From: Promethearchaeota archaeon
GTDB taxonomy: Archaea > Asgardarchaeota > Hermodarchaeia > Hermodarchaeales > Hermodarchaeaceae
Reading direction: 5' to 3'
DNA length: 45,058 bases
Assembly: GCA_048938385.1 (NCBI GenBank)
Contig: JBHLMG010000017.1
Span: 1 to 45,058 of the forward strand
Shown: piece after piece, positions 29,855 to 39,766 of the stretch
Layout: every line of letters starts with the position of its first letter
How positions within the stretch are numbered: position 1 is the first letter of the stretch
Translations under genes and position numbers: made by a program
The notes under the pieces: model-generated
Database searches by the model: none
Seen by the model: the letters and a program-made list of their open reading frames with translations, nothing else
What the model was told of the DNA's origin: nothing

Positions 29855-30610
29855 ATGATGCTTAAACATGCGTTGGTCCGTGAACCCGGAGCCCAATACG
29901 CTCAGTGTATTTCATCCCATCCATGGCATCACACCGTGAATGTGGCCCGGGCTCGAGACCAACATGCCGCGTACACTCACACTTTGGCGGAACTCGGACT
30001 CGAAATCATTCGATTACCTCGCGACGATCAACATCCAGACGCGTGCTTTATAGAAGACACCGCAGTCATTTACGAAGGCAAAGCCCTCCTTAGCCGCCTA
30101 GCCAAGAAGAGTCGGCGCGGCGAAGAAGATTCAGTGGCAGAAGTGCTTCGAGAGCATTTACCAGTACACCGTATCAGAGCTCCAGGCACCCTCGAAGGAG
30201 GCGATGTGATCCAATTACCCCACCGGATCATTAGTGGAATCAGTCAGCGAACCAACCAAGCAGGTATTACGCAGATGCAGTCGTATTTTCGCGTACCAAT
30301 TGACACCATTGTAGACCCCCACCTCATCCACCTGAAGAGCCATGTGACCTACCTGAACAACAATATCATGCTCACCACTCCGATCTATGCCGACCACCCC
30401 ATCCTGTCTGATTTCAAGGTCCTCGTTGTCCCCGATAACGAGCACTATGCCGCCAATACCCTCACCTTTGATGATACCGTGTTAATGCCCGCTGGATACC
30501 CGAAAACCTACCAGATGGTCGAACAATCCGGTTTCACAGTAATTTGTTTGAACATGAGTGAAATCGCCAAATGTGACGGCGCCCTCACCTGTTTGTCCCT
30601 CCTATTCTGA
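29855..30610 (+). CDS. dimethylarginine dimethylaminohydrolase / amidinotransferase family
   Basis: PDACFIED, SRRGE, LEGGD, HLKS, YAAN, DGALTCLS. Confidence 0.88.
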   Translation: MMLKHALVREPGAQYAQCISSHPWHHTVNVARARDQHAAYTHTLAELGLEIIRLPRDDQHPDACFIEDTAVIYEGKALLSRLAKKSRRGEEDSVAEVLREHLPVHRIRAPGTLEGGDVIQLPHRIISGISQRTNQAGITQMQSYFRVPIDTIVDPHLIHLKSHVTYLNNNIMLTTPIYADHPILSDFKVLVVPDNEHYAANTLTFDDTVLMPAGYPKTYQMVEQSGFTVICLNMSEIAKCDGALTCLSLLF

Positions 30611-30672
30611 ACCCCTTCACCCACGCATACTGATTAATAAGGACAAGAGTAAGTAACATGGAGGTCTAATGA

Positions 30673-30933
30673 TTGTCTGAGCACACTATGAAGGACCCCG
30701 TAGGTAAAATTACGAATTATTATGCCAAAATCAGTGTGGCTGTCGTAGAATTAACGGCACCATTAAAGAAAGGCGAGAAAATCGCCATTAAAGGCACTAC
30801 GACCGAGTTCACCCAAACTGTCAAATCCATGCAAATAGACCGGAAAGACATCGATACAGCCCAAACCGGTCAAGCCATTGGATTAAAAGTCAAGGACCGC
30901 GTTCGTCCGGGAGATATGGTTTTTCGCGTCTAA
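30673..30933 (+). CDS. translation elongation factor-like small beta-barrel protein
   Basis: VGKITNYY.KISVAV...G.TT.F.Q.V.SMQI...GQ.IGLKV..RVR.GD.V. Confidence 0.8.
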   Translation: MSEHTMKDPVGKITNYYAKISVAVVELTAPLKKGEKIAIKGTTTEFTQTVKSMQIDRKDIDTAQTGQAIGLKVKDRVRPGDMVFRV

Positions 30934-30950
30934 GCTGACGCACACATCAC

Positions 30951-31012
30951 TTAAAAAGCAGCGGTGGATTACACCAATGCCCTGCTCCTTGGATTCCTTT
31001 TTAATGGCCACC
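30951..31012 (-). repeat. actin 3'-end remnant (IKKESKEQGIGVIHRCF then TTAA)
   Basis: also visible in ORF-track frame 30883..31083. Confidence 0.85.
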
Positions 31013-31018
31013 AGTTCT

Positions 31019-31660
31019 TTATTTCTTTGAAAACTGTTCTGGAAGATGGATGGCGAAAGCGCACTCGTCATCACCACTGGCAATCGTGGTAATCACTTCA
31101 ACCTGGACCGGCTTATCCAGAATGCCTTCCCACAGGGTCTTATACCACCCGGAACCGCAAAAGCAAAAAGTCTTGGATATGGGATCTGTCGATGTCCTGA
31201 TCCAGCCACAATGGCAATAGGCTCGACGTTTCGACTCAGAATCGGTTGCTGCTTCAAACTTTTGAGGGGCAAAGGGAATTTTAGTAACATAGATAATGTT
31301 TCCCTTTCGCTCCGGATACTCATAGTAGGATAATCCATCCCAGGAAGTATCTGTATGCATCAGTTTTAGCAATTCATCGATATCTCTGTGTTTTTGATAT
31401 TCTCGTTTGAGTTTTTTAATTCGAGACATCGGAAAGCGATGAGAACAACAGAGAAGGATTTCTCGGCGGGTATCGTTCTCCTTAACGAGTGCATCAAGCC
31501 GCTCGATCGCTCCTTTCACCCATTCGGCTTTCCGCTTTGGAGAACTTTGGGTGGACACGGGACGCCCATCTTCGAGAACCTGCTCTTTGATAGAGCTACC
31601 CACAAATCGTTCAAGGGCTGCTTTGAACTTATCCAACCAAGTCATAACAACCCAGTACAC
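31019..31660 (-). CDS. DUF6144-like protein
   Basis: CHC....  ...TFCFCGSGW.K.LWE.IL.KPV.VEV..TIASGD.EC.F.I. Confidence 0.7.
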   Translation of the reverse strand: MYWVVMTWLDKFKAALERFVGSSIKEQVLEDGRPVSTQSSPKRKAEWVKGAIERLDALVKENDTRREILLCCSHRFPMSRIKKLKREYQKHRDIDELLKLMHTDTSWDGLSYYEYPERKGNIIYVTKIPFAPQKFEAATDSESKRRAYCHCGWIRTSTDPISKTFCFCGSGWYKTLWEGILDKPVQVEVITTIASGDDECAFAIHLPEQFSKK

Positions 31661-31696
31661 ATATCCGTTTTTATGCCTTCATGTTCACTCCAATTC

Positions 31697-31731
31697 AAAA
31701 AAGAGAGAAACGGGAGATAAAACCTCTCCCG
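31697..31731 (-). terminator. hairpin CGGGAGA/TCTCCCG plus T-tract downstream of the PGF-anchored gene
   Basis: perfect 7-bp stem; A-rich run on +. Confidence 0.7.
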
Positions 31732-31744
31732 AACGAAGAACTCA

Positions 31745-32533
31745 TCACTTAGGTGTTGAAGGTGATTGGCGGCGCCGGTACAGTACGCCGATGGTCAGAG
31801 CACTCACGAGGCCTATAGCGATGGCAACTGCGGGAAATCCCGGAAATGGGGGAGGTGGTGTTGTACCGTTGCCATTGCCACCATCAGGAGGTTGAGTCAA
31901 GATTTGATCGTAGACTTCGATGTCATCGATGTAGCCACCTTCGACCATGAGGACGATGAAATAGACCGATGTAGTATGTCCATTATGTTGAGCTTGAATC
32001 TGATGAACGCCGTTAATCCAAACATGGAAGTATCCTGTGGTATTACGCGTCACAATCACTTCAAGCGGCGTGTTCAGGAGGCCTACAACAGTATAACCGC
32101 CCATCACACTCGCAACCCCTCCAACATTCCGGTATAAGCGAATATAGTCATTGTTCGGAATGAGTTCGAGGTAGTAGCCATCATTAGGTCGTTGATAACC
32201 AACGCCACTCGTATCCAACGCGAGAAAGGCGACACGGATACCTGCCACAGTTTCGCAACAGACATCAAACCGCCACTCACCATATGCCACAGTACTCGCA
32301 TGATGAATCCAATTCCACACATCGACACCAGCTTCGAGCTGCAGATTCGTGGCTGAATACGAACCTTCTTGAACCGTCCACTCCGGCGCGTAAGTACCGT
32401 CGTTGAAGTTATCCGACCACACCGGCAACTGCCCTTCAACCATAGCAAAGCCGCCCAGGGCACTGCACACACACAGCAACATCCCAAGCACTACTACTGT
32501 TGAAAAGCCACTCTTCTGCCATTTCCTTTTCAT
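31745..32533 (-). CDS. secreted beta-sandwich (concanavalin/LamG-like) surface protein with PGF-type C-terminal sorting signal
   Basis: signal peptide; WSDNFNDG; PPPPFPGFP + TM helix + YRRR. Confidence 0.8.
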   Translation of the reverse strand: MKRKWQKSGFSTVVVLGMLLCVCSALGGFAMVEGQLPVWSDNFNDGTYAPEWTVQEGSYSATNLQLEAGVDVWNWIHHASTVAYGEWRFDVCCETVAGIRVAFLALDTSGVGYQRPNDGYYLELIPNNDYIRLYRNVGGVASVMGGYTVVGLLNTPLEVIVTRNTTGYFHVWINGVHQIQAQHNGHTTSVYFIVLMVEGGYIDDIEVYDQILTQPPDGGNGNGTTPPPPFPGFPAVAIAIGLVSALTIGVLYRRRQSPSTPK

Positions 32534-32610
32534 ATTAGGTTTCCTCCAAGAACCTCCCCTCCAATTAAAGGGGAGAATCCGTTTAGTAGCCGATTTTTGG
32601 CATCAACTGC

Positions 32611-32740
32611 GATATAAGCCCGCGTAACCACCTGAGGTTTACAAAGTACGAAAACGCGCCTCGAAATAGCCCTTTTCATAACCAATCAGGTTGTAAACGG
32701 AAATTCATCGATACATTCGAAGGAACCGATTGGTGTGCAA
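32611..32740 (-). promoter_or_regulatory. 130-bp upstream element, copy 1
   Basis: colinear with 41499-41628; TTATAT box on - about 80 bp before the ATG. Confidence 0.65.
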
Positions 32741-32760
32741 TCAAGTCCGGTGCAGCAAAA

Positions 32761-33723
32761 TTAGAATTCCACGCGGTGATTGGACACTTGCACGCCTACT
32801 AGTTCGGCTAAACGAATGTAACTGAGCCCCACAAAGAATGTTTGGGGACGCACAATTACTGCCCCTGCTCGCTTGGCAAATTTCGCCTTTTTCGCCTTGT
32901 CTGTAATGGCTTCAATCGTTGGGAGATCTTTCGCCGTACAAAAATGGAACAAGGTGGGTCTGTTAGCGACCAACCAAGTATTCCAATATTCTCCAGGATT
33001 TTGTTCCATCACCCATTTCGTAACTTCTTGAGGAGACACCTTCGTGTCATCAAAATCAATGACGACATTAAAGGGGATTACCCCACCAGCACTCATCTTG
33101 GTGAAAATGGTGAAATACAGTCCGCCTCCCTGTATGAGCTCTCGAAGCACCTGTCGCACCCGTCGTGCAGAGAGTTTAACTTCTCTGGCGATCTCTGTAG
33201 CAGGGATCCGCGCATCCTCTAATAAACATCGAAGAACCTGCAATTGTTGCTTAGTGAAGGTGGTTTTATTCCCCCGATAAGCATACTGAGACCCAAATTG
33301 TAGGGGCGTGGGCGTGACAGGGTATACGAAATAAATCATCACTTTCTTCACGGACATTAATCCCCGCAGGAAGCGTCCTAACTCAAATAGCCCCAACGGA
33401 CCAACGACTTCCCCAAGCACCCAGATTTTCCGAGGGCTAGTCCTCATGACTACTTTCACTGAAGAGTGAGTGCCGATCAGACTGAAGAAGGCTTCATCAT
33501 GTTCTGTCCCGTCCGTGTTCACTTCGGCAAGACAATAGTCTGCATCAATTGTAGCTAAAGATAACAGCACATAGGGCCGACTCAGAAACTTCACTTCCCT
33601 GAGCTGCGTAATGCGCTTTTTCACGCTTGTCGCCGTTAACCCCAGTTTCTCAGCTATACCTCGATAGGTTGCTCGACAATTCCTGTAGAGCTCTACAATG
33701 ATACTTCGATCCACCATGTCCAC
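32761..33723 (-). CDS. double Lrp/AsnC winged-helix transcriptional regulator
   Basis: MD.VDR.I..EL..NCR..Y..IA..LGLT...VKKR and a second VL.CL.EDAR....IA....LS.RRV. Confidence 0.85.
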   Translation of the reverse strand: MDMVDRSIIVELYRNCRATYRGIAEKLGLTATSVKKRITQLREVKFLSRPYVLLSLATIDADYCLAEVNTDGTEHDEAFFSLIGTHSSVKVVMRTSPRKIWVLGEVVGPLGLFELGRFLRGLMSVKKVMIYFVYPVTPTPLQFGSQYAYRGNKTTFTKQQLQVLRCLLEDARIPATEIAREVKLSARRVRQVLRELIQGGGLYFTIFTKMSAGGVIPFNVVIDFDDTKVSPQEVTKWVMEQNPGEYWNTWLVANRPTLFHFCTAKDLPTIEAITDKAKKAKFAKRAGAVIVRPQTFFVGLSYIRLAELVGVQVSNHRVEF

Positions 33724-33790
33724 CAGTAACCACTCGCATCCAACAAAGCGCTATTCTTGCCTAAATACCATTCGAGCCCAAACCACTAAT

Positions 33791-33834
33791 AAAGAGAAAA
33801 ACGGGAAGCAGGTACCCTCCTACAACACCGAGGA
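33791..33834 (-). repeat. hairpin/linker half of the island repeat
   Basis: gggaagcaggtaccctcctacaacaccgagga versus consensus gggaggtacacgcctcccacaacaccgagga. Confidence 0.65.
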
Positions 33835-33944
33835 GCTTGTGGGAGTAAAATTCGGTGTAGGCATTTTTTACAGCTACGCTTAAGCCAATATACCTCCTTA
33901 GCGCATCCTAAAAGAAGAAGTAAAGCCTAGAAACGATTGATAGG

Positions 33945-33987
33945 CTCGAAGCAGTGGTGGAATGCACCTGCGAATTGCTTATTTTTT
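33945..33987 (-). repeat. decayed actin 3'-end remnant (KQFAGAFHHCF)
   Basis: gaagcagtggtgga..gcacctgc on +. Confidence 0.6.
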
Positions 33988-34075
33988 GACGCTTCTCGAA
34001 GCAGCCTTGATCAGAAGCGAAGAGGATAAAAGGTTCTTTTCCTTGGTTAGTCCTTGCTTAAGGAGGGTTTTCAGT

Positions 34076-34528
34076 TTGAGTTCAAGTCGAGATTGGGTAT
34101 TTCGGGGCGGAACAAAACCTACGAAGGATTCACAATTCTTCGAAAACATGACTCGAATAATTTTCCAGGCCGGTTTAAGTTGGAAGATGATTTCCCAAAA
34201 ATGGCCCGCGTTTCAAGACGCCTTCAGTAAATTCGACATTGGCCGTGTCGCAAAATATACAGCGAACGACATCACTAAATTACTCACAAATCCAGCCATC
34301 GTCCGCAATCAACAGAAGATTCGGGCGACAATTTCCAATGCTCAAGAATTCCAAAAGATCTCAAAGGACTCAGGTTCTTTTCGCCAGTATTTAGACAAGC
34401 TACTACAAACCGAGGGATTAGCGTACACCCTAAAAGATCTCCAAAAACGATTCAGCCGCCTAGGTCCGTCCAGCGCACGAATGTTTCTTTGGAGCATAGG
34501 AGAAGATATACCCCACCCCGAAGAATGA
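34076..34528 (+). CDS. DNA-3-methyladenine glycosylase I (Tag-like)
   Basis: FQAGLSW..I..K...F..AF..FD...VA, IVRN..KI.ATI.NA; TTG start after AGGAGG. Confidence 0.85.
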   Translation: MSSSRDWVFRGGTKPTKDSQFFENMTRIIFQAGLSWKMISQKWPAFQDAFSKFDIGRVAKYTANDITKLLTNPAIVRNQQKIRATISNAQEFQKISKDSGSFRQYLDKLLQTEGLAYTLKDLQKRFSRLGPSSARMFLWSIGEDIPHPEE

Positions 34529-34559
34529 TACCGCTAACAACAGACCATTAGCTCATTGA

Positions 34560-34667
34560 AAGAAAGGGAGGGTAACCACCAACTTCTAAACTACGCCCTG
34601 TTAGTTAGAAGCACGAATGAAGCACACCAGCACCTTACTCTATGCACTCCTTCTTTGTAATCCATGT
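34560..34667 (-). repeat. actin 3'-end remnant (TWITKKECIE*GAGVLHSCF*) plus decayed hairpin
   Basis: TGG ATT ACA AAG AAG GAG ... GGT GCT GGT GTG CTT CAT TCG TGC TTC TAA. Confidence 0.88.
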
Positions 34668-34747
34668 AGATAATAAATTTGCCAGAATCTACACCCAAGA
34701 GATATAAGAAAAGAACATCACTTTTGTTGCTAACATGAGTGGTGCCA

Positions 34748-35455
34748 ATGGTTGATGAAGAAGGATTTCGAACCTTTTTGAAGAACCAAAAAAAACCAGC
34801 TAATATAATAACCCAATTCATTCGCTTCGTTAGCGAGTTCCTCGGCTACCTCCAGAAGTATCAGCAAAAACACCTCGATACCCAACACCCCGAAGACCTC
34901 CACGCGTTTTTCACCTGGTTGGACCAGCACTATCGCCGCCCACGGATCAACCGCTACTTCTACGCGTTGAAATTCTATTACGAATACCTATCAGAAACAG
35001 ACCTTTACTATACCGCCAACGAAATTCTTGGTATTATCTCTCTCGAAGCGCTTGAACTCAAACACTTCGCTGGTGCCAATCCCAAAGTCACGAAAACACT
35101 CGCCTCTCACGACATTCGAACCGCTGCGCAACTGCTCGCAATCACCCGCACCAAAGCAGCAAGAGAACAACTAGCTGAAGAAGTTAATCTTCCAGAGACA
35201 GCCATCCTTGAATTGGTCAAACTGAGCAATTTAGCACGCATTCCCGGACTGAAACAGAAACGAGCCCGACTCTTCTACGATGCAGGGTTGGACACCCTAG
35301 CGAAAATCGCTGCCTACGACGACCCCAAAGAACTCGTTACCTTTTTCGCAAGCTTCGTTGAACGCTCAGGCTTCGATGGACGAGCCGTTTCTCTCTCTGA
35401 AGCCCAATTTACCCTTGGCATGGCACAATACCTCAAACCCATCACTGAATTCTAA
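34748..35455 (+). CDS. DUF4332 HhH protein with integrase N-terminal SAM-like domain
   Basis: C-terminal LSNLARIPGL....A.L...AGLDTL..IA; N-terminal F..FL...F..F..FL...DL..F...L....I..Y..ALK.YY.YL. Confidence 0.7.
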   Translation: MVDEEGFRTFLKNQKKPANIITQFIRFVSEFLGYLQKYQQKHLDTQHPEDLHAFFTWLDQHYRRPRINRYFYALKFYYEYLSETDLYYTANEILGIISLEALELKHFAGANPKVTKTLASHDIRTAAQLLAITRTKAAREQLAEEVNLPETAILELVKLSNLARIPGLKQKRARLFYDAGLDTLAKIAAYDDPKELVTFFASFVERSGFDGRAVSLSEAQFTLGMAQYLKPITEF

Positions 35456-35489
35456 CACCAAAGATGCCTCCACCATGAACACTCAATCG

Positions 35490-35589
35490 AAAAAAAAGGG
35501 GAGGTACACGCCTCCCACAATTCTGAGCGTGATTAGAAGCAGCGGTGGTTTACGCCAGCCTCCTGCTCCAGGTACTTCTTCTTGGACAG
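35490..35589 (-). repeat. actin 3'-end remnant (LSKKKYLEQEAGVNHRCF*) plus intact GGGAGG/CCTCCC hairpin and T-tract
   Basis: manual translation; stop at 35533-35535. Confidence 0.9.
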
Positions 35590-35747
35590 TAAAATGCGTT
35601 AAAACCTCACAGCATAAAGGCTAAATGTGACTAAAAGCATTTGACGCAATGAAGGGAGATTGCTGATTTGGTAGAAGATGTAATTATTGACCAACTAGTA
35701 GGTAACATCCTTGATAGAAAAACAGATCAGGAACCTTTCTTGTGTAG

Positions 35748-37133
35748 GTGTTAGGGTTGAGGGAGTTAGTACAATCCATAATTGACCAAAGACCAAGTGA
35801 TGTACACATTGAAGCTCGCTACCATTCGAAAAAAGAAATGAAAGTGCTTATCAAAAAGGGCGTTCTTCAAACAGCAAAAATAGACAAATTCGAAGGAATT
35901 GGCATTAGAGTGCTTGCAGAAGGTGCATGGGGTTATGCAAGTACTAGTAAATTAGAACAAGGTTCAGTCACTTCGACCCTGAAAAGCGCGTTGGCAGCTG
36001 CAAAAACCCTTGGGAAGAAAAAGCCTCCGATTGAACTGGCGCGAATAAAACCTATTTCTGGTAATTTCAAATCTCTTGGGAAAGACCCGATCAAAAATCA
36101 CAGTATCGAAGACTGCATCGAACTCGCATTAGAATCCGACAAAGCCATCATGAGTTCGGATCAGAGGATTAAAGGTTCAGAGGTCTTGATCGAAATTCCG
36201 ACAAATCACAAAATCATCATGAACACCGATGGCACGGATGCGCAGCTTCATGATACCCGACCAGGTTTCAGTATTCGAGCCGTAGCCTCAGAAGGGGCTA
36301 AGATAATGCCCTATCTTGATTTTCACCGAATTTGTGGGGGTTGGGAAGCCTTTGATCCGCTACTGAAAGGGCAGATGATAACCAAAGTAACTGACACCGC
36401 AATCAAGCTTCTGGATGCACCTCTCGCCAAAGCAGGAAACCACACGGTCGTCCTTAGTCCAGACGCCGTTGGACTTCTGTGCCATGAAGCTATAGGACAC
36501 ACCGTTGAATGTGACCTCGTACTTGCAGGTAGCGCCGCAAAAAACAAGATTGGCAAAGAAGTCGCAACAGAACATGTAACACTTGTAGACTCAGGAGATG
36601 AACCAGCGGCAGGTTGGCTTCCCGTCGATGATGCCGGGGTCAAGACCCAACGAACTGTAATCATTGATCATGGAGTGATGAAATCCTATCTCCACAGTCG
36701 CTCCTCCGCACATCACTTCAATGTGGAACCCACAGGAAATGAACGTGCCTTTGAATTCAATCTTGAACCAATGATTCGTATGAGGAACACCTACCTTGAA
36801 CCGGGTGATTATACACAGGAAGAACTCGTGGAAGACATCGACTTTGGATACTTGTGCGCTAAACGAGGCGGAGGAACTTCAGATGCCTCCGCGGAGTTCA
36901 TGCTCGGATCACTGGCAACCTATGAAATCAAGAACGGCGAGATTGGCAACCTCGTCAAAAATGTTACATTCACTGGGAATGCCTATGATGTTCTGCAAAC
37001 GATTGATGCCGTTAGCAAAGAATGGGAGGTTCTTGGTGGTTCTTGCTGGAAAATGCAACCAGCAAGAATAGGAGGCGGTGGAGGATCAATACGAGCCATA
37101 ATGATGGTCTCAGGAGATATCGGAGGGAGCTAA
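35748..37133 (+). CDS. tldD: TldD family metalloprotease
   Basis: GIGIRV...GAWGYAS; HEAIGH.VE; P.IRMRNTY; C-x-K. Confidence 0.9.
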   Translation: MLGLRELVQSIIDQRPSDVHIEARYHSKKEMKVLIKKGVLQTAKIDKFEGIGIRVLAEGAWGYASTSKLEQGSVTSTLKSALAAAKTLGKKKPPIELARIKPISGNFKSLGKDPIKNHSIEDCIELALESDKAIMSSDQRIKGSEVLIEIPTNHKIIMNTDGTDAQLHDTRPGFSIRAVASEGAKIMPYLDFHRICGGWEAFDPLLKGQMITKVTDTAIKLLDAPLAKAGNHTVVLSPDAVGLLCHEAIGHTVECDLVLAGSAAKNKIGKEVATEHVTLVDSGDEPAAGWLPVDDAGVKTQRTVIIDHGVMKSYLHSRSSAHHFNVEPTGNERAFEFNLEPMIRMRNTYLEPGDYTQEELVEDIDFGYLCAKRGGGTSDASAEFMLGSLATYEIKNGEIGNLVKNVTFTGNAYDVLQTIDAVSKEWEVLGGSCWKMQPARIGGGGGSIRAIMMVSGDIGGS

Positions 37134-37134
37134 A

Positions 37135-38502
37135 ATGGACCCGGATATACTCTCACTCATTCAGCCCTTTGTGAAGAAAGGAATGAAAATGGGAGCAGAT
37201 GAGGTGGAACTATTTGCTGAAAAAGAGGACAAAAACACCGTGAATATTGAGGCCAACACCCTAAAATCCACGGAAATCGGGACCCTACAAGGTGTCGGGA
37301 TTCGGGCTCTAGTTAACAAGTCACTAGGATTCGCCTGTGTTAGCTCGCTAGAACCAGAAAAAATTCGGATAACTCTAAAAAGGGCAATCTCAATTGCGAA
37401 GTCTACTCCGCTAGATGAACATCACCAACTCGCCCCTCAAAAGCAATTAACCAAGGTAAAAGGCGTGTACGATGAAGCGGTAGAACATTTCGGAATTGAA
37501 CAAGCACTTCACAGAGGAGGACAACTCTTAGACTCTGTGAGAAAAATTGACGAAAGAATCTCGATTATGTTAGGAGGATTTGTAACAAGGGTCAATGAGA
37601 AAGCCATTGCTACTTCTACTGATATTGAGGCCTCTGAGAAAAAAACCGCTTGTTATTATTTCCTCGGTGGAATGGCCATTGATGGACCAGACATCGGTGT
37701 TATAGATATCGATGGCCACGCGATGGTAACAGTTGACGACTTTGACATCGAAAACGCCGCCCAACGCTTCGCACACAAAGTCCTCAGTAATCTTGGTGCC
37801 CAACAAGCTAGGTCCTTCAAAGGCCCGGCGCTCCTCTCCCCCTATGCGATAGTAGAGCTCTTTAATACCCTCATTCAATCATCTTATGCAAGCAACATCC
37901 AATCAGGGCAAAGCCATTTCCAAAATCGTCTGGGTGATGAAATCGCATCCAAAGAACTTACAATTGAAGAAGATGGAACTGTGACTCAGAGTTATGCAAG
38001 CAGTATGTTTGATCGAGAAGGCAATCCACACATTGCAATAAAAATCCTCGACTCGGGCAAATTTACTGGCGTACTGCACAATGCATATACCGCACATCAC
38101 GAGGGAATTGAATCCACAGGACACGCTATTGGTACATTTCGCGAACCGCCCAGTATTGGCTCCACCAACCTCAAAATCCACCCCAGCAACCTCTCCTTCG
38201 ATACTCTAGTATCAGAAATCAAACACGGCCTTCTCATCCAACGCATTAGCGTCTTCCCTGACCCCATCTCTGGAAATTTCTCCGCAGCGCTCAAAGGCGC
38301 TAAACTCATCGAGAACGGCGAAATCACCACTACCCTCAAAGAAATCACCGCTCTCGGAAACCTCTACGAGAGCCTCAACCACATCACCGGCATCGAAAAC
38401 ACCCTCCATCCCGGTATCACTGAACGAATCTACATGACCGGCGTGACCAAACGCTGGCACATCCCCCACATCCGCATCGACAACCTCCAATTCGTCGCCT
38501 AA
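37135..38502 (+). CDS. pmbA: PmbA/TldE family protein
   Basis: GADEVE, GVGIR, FDREG, STGHA, SGNFS; lacks HExxH. Confidence 0.88.
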   Translation: MDPDILSLIQPFVKKGMKMGADEVELFAEKEDKNTVNIEANTLKSTEIGTLQGVGIRALVNKSLGFACVSSLEPEKIRITLKRAISIAKSTPLDEHHQLAPQKQLTKVKGVYDEAVEHFGIEQALHRGGQLLDSVRKIDERISIMLGGFVTRVNEKAIATSTDIEASEKKTACYYFLGGMAIDGPDIGVIDIDGHAMVTVDDFDIENAAQRFAHKVLSNLGAQQARSFKGPALLSPYAIVELFNTLIQSSYASNIQSGQSHFQNRLGDEIASKELTIEEDGTVTQSYASSMFDREGNPHIAIKILDSGKFTGVLHNAYTAHHEGIESTGHAIGTFREPPSIGSTNLKIHPSNLSFDTLVSEIKHGLLIQRISVFPDPISGNFSAALKGAKLIENGEITTTLKEITALGNLYESLNHITGIENTLHPGITERIYMTGVTKRWHIPHIRIDNLQFVA

Positions 38503-38514
38503 CACCGACCCAGC

Positions 38515-38615
38515 AAAAAAGAAACAAAACTGGAAGCCCCCCCCCACAACACCGAGTGTGATTAGAAACAGTGGTGGATCATGCCTGTGCCCTGTTCCAG
38601 GTACCCCTTTTTGTA
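38515..38615 (-). repeat. actin 3'-end remnant (YKKGYLEQGTGMIHHCF*) plus linker and decayed hairpin
   Basis: stop at 38562-38564. Confidence 0.88.
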
Positions 38616-38729
38616 CTTCAGATATTTCAGTAGGGGGTAATGAGTATGATTCTCATTATGTAAAGTTCAAAACTAACATCTATGATATAAGGTAGCAACC
38701 CTTCATGACAGCTGAGTTGAGCGTGATAC

Positions 38730-39689
38730 TTGATGGATACCATTGATCGAAAACTGCTTTGGGAGCTCCATGAAAATTGTCGTGCTTCCTATAAGACCTT
38801 ATCCAGTGTGTTGGGCATATCTGCCAATGCCGTAAAAAAGCGAGTAGCAAAACTCATCGATACCGGTGTCATCTTTAATTACACCATAATGTTCTCATTA
38901 GATATGCTAAGCTCAGAAGTTTTGTATGGACTCGTTCATACAGATGGCGAGGAAAAGGCTCAAGACTTTATTAATCAGCTTGGAGCCAACCCCATGATTC
39001 ATGTGGTTGGATCAATCGCTAGCCTAACCGGAGGGGCATACATTATCTCTGCACAATATATTGGAGCCCCTGGGCTATTAGAATTAGGTCGGTTTATTCG
39101 CACCCTTGACCATGTATCAGAAGTTGAACTTTTCCCCCTTTTAATTCCTCAAGACCATGCCGATGCACAGGCATTTCCAATTCGATCAACACGGAGGGAA
39201 GGAGAGTTTACGAAAACAGAGCTGAAAGTTTTGCAGTGTTTGCTTGAAGATGCAAGGATGTCTATCAGTGATATCGCAAACCTCACAGGATTAACAGCTC
39301 GGAGAGTGGGACGAACCATCCAGCAACTTATGAACCGCGGGGTCATGTTTTCAGTACGCTGGAATCTCAGTGCTGGAGGATTAGATGTGGTCATTATACG
39401 AATCAGGGTTGATGAACTACAAAAGTCAATAAGTGAGGTGTCTGGATGGTTGCGTTCTGAGTTCCCAGATGAATTCTGGTTGCCGTATATATCCGCAGAC
39501 GAACCGCTAGTTTTTGCAATCTTCGTAGTGCAAAATATGCAAATCGCAGAAAAAATCGCTCGCACAATCAAAGAAGCCCCCTTTGTAAAATCGATCGCTG
39601 TTTCTGTTCAATTCTCAGAAACTAAATTCCCCTGGCTCGGAGAACTAAAAATTAGAGAAATGATACATAACGCTGGATTAACCGATTAA
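38730..39689 (+). CDS. double Lrp/AsnC winged-helix regulator
   Basis: MDTIDRKLL.EL..NCR.SY..L...ISANAVKKRV; VLQCLLEDARM. Confidence 0.85.
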   Translation: MMDTIDRKLLWELHENCRASYKTLSSVLGISANAVKKRVAKLIDTGVIFNYTIMFSLDMLSSEVLYGLVHTDGEEKAQDFINQLGANPMIHVVGSIASLTGGAYIISAQYIGAPGLLELGRFIRTLDHVSEVELFPLLIPQDHADAQAFPIRSTRREGEFTKTELKVLQCLLEDARMSISDIANLTGLTARRVGRTIQQLMNRGVMFSVRWNLSAGGLDVVIIRIRVDELQKSISEVSGWLRSEFPDEFWLPYISADEPLVFAIFVVQNMQIAEKIARTIKEAPFVKSIAVSVQFSETKFPWLGELKIREMIHNAGLTD

Positions 39690-39697
39690 GCTCGGAG

Positions 39698-39757
39698 TAA
39701 ACACGAGTGAATGACGCTAGCACCCTGCGCCATGCATTCCTTTCTCGGAACTCGCAT
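39698..39757 (-). repeat. actin 3'-end remnant (MRVPRKECMAQGASVIHSCL)
   Basis: in register with consensus MWVTKKEYMEQGA.VIH.CF. Confidence 0.82.
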
Positions 39758-39766
39758 CAATTTCGG

